Source: Spirochaetota bacterium
GTDB taxonomy: Bacteria > Spirochaetota > UBA4802 > UBA5550
Assembly: GCA_963663865.1 (NCBI GenBank)
Contig: OY760686.1
Location: 1,120,001 to 1,184,000, forward strand
Length of the DNA: 64,000 nt
Reading direction: 5' to 3'
The translations under genes and the position numbers were made by a program. The notes beneath the pieces are model-generated. The model was not told where the DNA came from. It saw only the letters and a program-made list of their open reading frames with translations, and made no database searches. Shown piece by piece: positions 60,538-64,000 of the stretch; positions within the stretch are counted from its first letter, which is position 1; every line of letters begins with the position of its first letter.

Positions 60538-63500
60538 GCGTGTGTTATGAGCCGGATTATAGAAAAATAAGTTCAACAGTTTACTCATATCACAACGGAC
60601 TGATAAAGAAGGGATTGCCATATGAGAGGAAGAGTGTCGGATTTGAAAGAGTTGCGTCCAGAATGGGGGATGGAACCTATGCAAGGAATGATTATATTCA
60701 GACAGGGCTTTCGTTTCCCGGAAGAATGGCATACCATTATGAGTTTAGCTCCGAAAGACAGACAATTAGTCGAAAGTATTATACGTATCTGGAGGAGACG
60801 CCGTATTCCGGAGTGAAGTGGATTAAGACGGATTCTGAACTCAGTCATGACTATGAATCAGGAGTAGCTGTTTCAAATATTCTGAGAGAATATGGCTACG
60901 ACGAAGGCGATAGTGGTTGTTATGGTAACGTAACTTCAATAGCGATGAGTGTCAACGGTAATGATGGACTATATACGGAGATATCTTACAGTCCGAATCA
61001 ATCGGACTGGATAATTAACCGGGTAATATCGGTAAAGAAATGGGAGAACAGCAGCTGCGCCAATCTTATTTCATGGTCGAGCTTTGGTTACGATAATTAC
61101 GGATGGGGAGGAAATATCAAGACGAAGGCAGATTACCTGAAGGAAGGTACGAGCTGGAGGGCTATTGAAAGAAATTTTGGATATGATGATTACGGAAATA
61201 TAACATCGCTTTCTTTCCCAAATGGGACAGGAGGAAATTCCAGCGTCATAACGAACACATATGACGAGGACTATCATACCTTTCCTGTTGAAGAAATATC
61301 ATCTAATGACAGCGGCACAGAGCTCAAAACAATTACTACCTATGATTATGCTACTGGAAATAAAACATCAGTTACGGATGCCAATGGCAATACTACTGTT
61401 TATGAATATGACGATTATGGAAGAATTGTTGCTGAGAAGGCCCCTGGCGATGACTGGACAAAACAGTATTTATACTCCAAAGAATACTTCCCGGCGCCTT
61501 ACAGCGTTGTTGAGAGCCGCTTTAAAGACGATTCGTCTCTCGGTTATTCGTGGAAGCGTGAATACTATGACGGGCTTAAGCGCGTTGTAAAGACCGAGTC
61601 GAAGGGGTACAATGGACATGCGCTTGTTCAGGAGTTTAGCTATAATCTGCTCGGAAGGCTTGAGTCAAAGACAAACCAGTACCTGAGCGGATGCGATACT
61701 CCTCAGAAAACGGAATATGAATATGACAGCGCCGGAAGGCCGCAGAAGGCGGAAGCTCCGGATTCAACGGTCAAGAGAACGGAGTACAGCTACGCGGGAA
61801 ACCTCAAGGTGCTCAGGGAGATAGATGCTGACGGCAATGCCAGTTTGAGCAAGTATGACGCGCAGGGGAGGCTCAGGTACCAGGTTGATCCGTCGGGCGG
61901 AACGATAACATATAACTACGATGCCCTCGGCAGGCTGATATCGACTGTTGACGCGGGCGGGAATGTAACCTCAATTGCCTACGATACTCTCGGAAGGAAG
62001 ACGTCGATTACTGATCCGAACACGGGGACTACCTCGTTTACCTACTATGACAGCGGCGACGTAAAAACCCAGACGAACGCGCGAGGTGTAACGCTTACCT
62101 ATACCTACGACTCGCTTAACAGGATAACATCTGAGAGCTCTTCAGACGGGACTGTCAGGGCCGAGTATGTCTATGACAGCGGGACTACGAACAACCTCAA
62201 GGGCAGGCTTTACGGTGTAGATGACAATTCGGGGAGCACGGTGTTTTCATACGACGCGAGGGGTAATGTCACTCACACCCTGCGTTCAATAGACTCAGAC
62301 GGAGACGGGGTAGAGGACCGCGAATTCGCGGCATCATTTGCTTACGATTCGCAGAAGAGGCTTGTTGAAACGGCCTATCCTGACGCGAATCATCTTGTTG
62401 TGAAGAGGGTATACGGTGAGGCCGGGAACCTCCACGCGGTGACAGACGAGTCGGGCAACGCCTTTGTGCAGTACAGAAGGTCTGGGTCGACAGCGACTGC
62501 CATGAACGGCCATTCCATAAGCAGGATGACCGGAAACGGTGTTGAGACAGTAGTTGATTTTAATCCCGCCAACATGAGGCCCGTCACTCTTGAGACAAAG
62601 AGAGGGAATGATGTTCTTGAGCAGATGAACTATACGTTCAGGCCAGGGGGCAATATTCTTTCAATAACCGACGGATGTACCTCTGACGGAGATGACAGTG
62701 AGAGCTTTGTATATGATAACCTGGGCAGGCTTGTACAGGCATCGTCTGCTTCAAGCATGTATGGAACAAGAATTTATACATATGGTGCTCAGGGAAATAT
62801 TGAAACGGTTCAGTATACAAGCAATACGGGCCTTGTTTATTCATATGGCAACAGCAGTCATCCTCATGCAGTAAGTTCAATAATGTCGGCTCCGTATAAT
62901 ATGCCATATGGCTCATACAGCTATGACTCAACCGGCAACATGACTTACAGAAACGGCAAGACGCTTGTCTACGACGCGAAGAACCGTCTCATAGAGGTGA
63001 GAAGCGGCGCTAATCTGGTTGAAAGCTACGTCTACGACTTTACCGGAGCGAGGATAATCAAGAAGCTCGCTGACGGTTCGGCGGTGTTCTCCATAAACGG
63101 GATGCATGATCTGAAGACAACGCCCGGTTTCCCCGATCAGTACGTGAACTACATAACGGGGGCCGAGGGCGATCTTGCCGCGCAGATTGAGGGAGTCAAC
63201 ACGGCAGCCGGCGCGAGCGTCTACCCTGTTGTGAAGAACATGTACAACTGGAAGAGCCCGGCGGGCCTGATGCTAACGATAAACGCGTACGCGAGCGCCT
63301 GGCTGAACAATCCGGCGAACTACAGAAGGCTGGGTTACGCGCTCTTCGGTCTGCTTTTGGCGGCGTGTTCATTTGTGCTGTTCTACAGTGTGAGAAGGTA
63401 TAAAGCAGCAAGGAGCGCTAACGCGTGTTCCATGCTGCCATGGTCCTGGCTGAGGCACAGCGTACCTGGAATACTGCTTTTCTTCGTGTTCACATCATTC

Positions 63501-64000
63501 GGGCTTACCGGCTGCTTCGACGGGTCAGTAGACAACACGACCTTGAGCAACGTCAAGTACATGCACCCGAACCATGTCGGTTCAGTTGCAATGGTAACCG
63601 ACCACGAAGGAACGGTGGTGGCGCGCTACAAGTACGAGCCTTACGGGAAGGTACTGGCGCAGTCAACAGGCACCGGAATTTCAGACTACAAGTACACATC
63701 ACAAAAGTCGGACGCTACAGGCCTGTACTACTACAACGCGAGGTACTACGACCCTGACATCGGCAGGTTCATAACAGCTGATACCGAGATACCTGATGTA
63801 AAGAACTCTCAGGCCTTTAACAGGTACATGTACGTTGTTGGAAATCCGGTGAATTATGCTGATCCCAGCGGACACTGGGGATTCGGCTGGCTGAAGGATT
63901 TAGCTGGTAGTGCGTGGAGTTATACACAAAGTGGTCTTAAAACAGCCTATAAGTATACTATCGGTTGGATGTATGATAATGTAATAAAACCTACGGGGCA
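60516..64000 (+). CDS. C-terminal part of the RHS toxin: TcB-mid, YD repeats, RHS core and start of the toxin domain (open at the window end)
   Basis: Manual translation of about 60516-61810 and 63240-64000 in the same frame gave no stop: TVYSYHNG..GFERV, YDxxG(R/N) repeats, YMHPNHVGS, GLYYYNARYYDPDIGRF, NRYMYVVGNPVNYADPSGH. The part in between was only skimmed. Confidence 0.88.

Larger units (their letters stand above)
58281..64000 (+). pseudogene. Large SpvB/TcB-FG-GAP-YD-RHS toxin gene with two frameshifts as assembled (runs off the window)
   Basis: RBS plus ATG 58281 is out of frame with ORF 58345..60537 and stops at 58376. The protein continues in the -1 frame from about 60530 toward the window end. 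Confidence 0.8.

Noticed and set aside
60530-60850. Mobile element inserted in the RHS gene, or real small ORFs 60622..60816 and 60585..60848
   Set aside because: The -1 frame reads as continuous TcB-like protein, so this is a 1-nt frameshift and the small ORFs are shadows.

Overview
This is a bacterial chromosome segment, probably from a spirochete, judging by a P83/100-family protein and spirochete-like FlgE/FlgD. From left to right it holds: partial bcp, an lgt-like gene and two small CxxC membrane paralogs; a complete Mo-nitrogenase operon (nifH-nifI1-nifI2-nifD-nifK-nifE-nifN-nifB-2Fe2S ferredoxin-short nifV-like gene) behind a clear sigma54 promoter and converging on modABC-TOBE; scattered flagellar genes (fliK-flgD-flgE, flgF/G) around nifU-nifS; and housekeeping genes (murA, rlmI, Gld-type ABC, lon, prc, gatA) mixed with small accessory genes for secreted proteins. 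It then holds a stand-alone MEDS protein with a hybrid kinase, an nrdR-nrdD-redoxin-nrdG operon with tandem NrdR boxes, and a large SpvB/FG-GAP/YD-RHS toxin gene that runs off the right end. Four observations stand out. (1) The RHS gene has a 10-bp tandem repeat (TTCAAGCCCT x4) just after its start codon that puts it out of frame; 3 copies would restore a signal peptide. It also has a second frameshift near 60530. (2) The RHS protein has two internal transmembrane helices ending in a lipobox just before the RHS core. (3) The class III RNR has a class II-like C-terminal CxxxxC tail and an adjacent redoxin gene. (4) A family of modular palindromic repeats is shuffled between two intergenic loci. 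All calls come from motif recognition by eye; no database searches were run.
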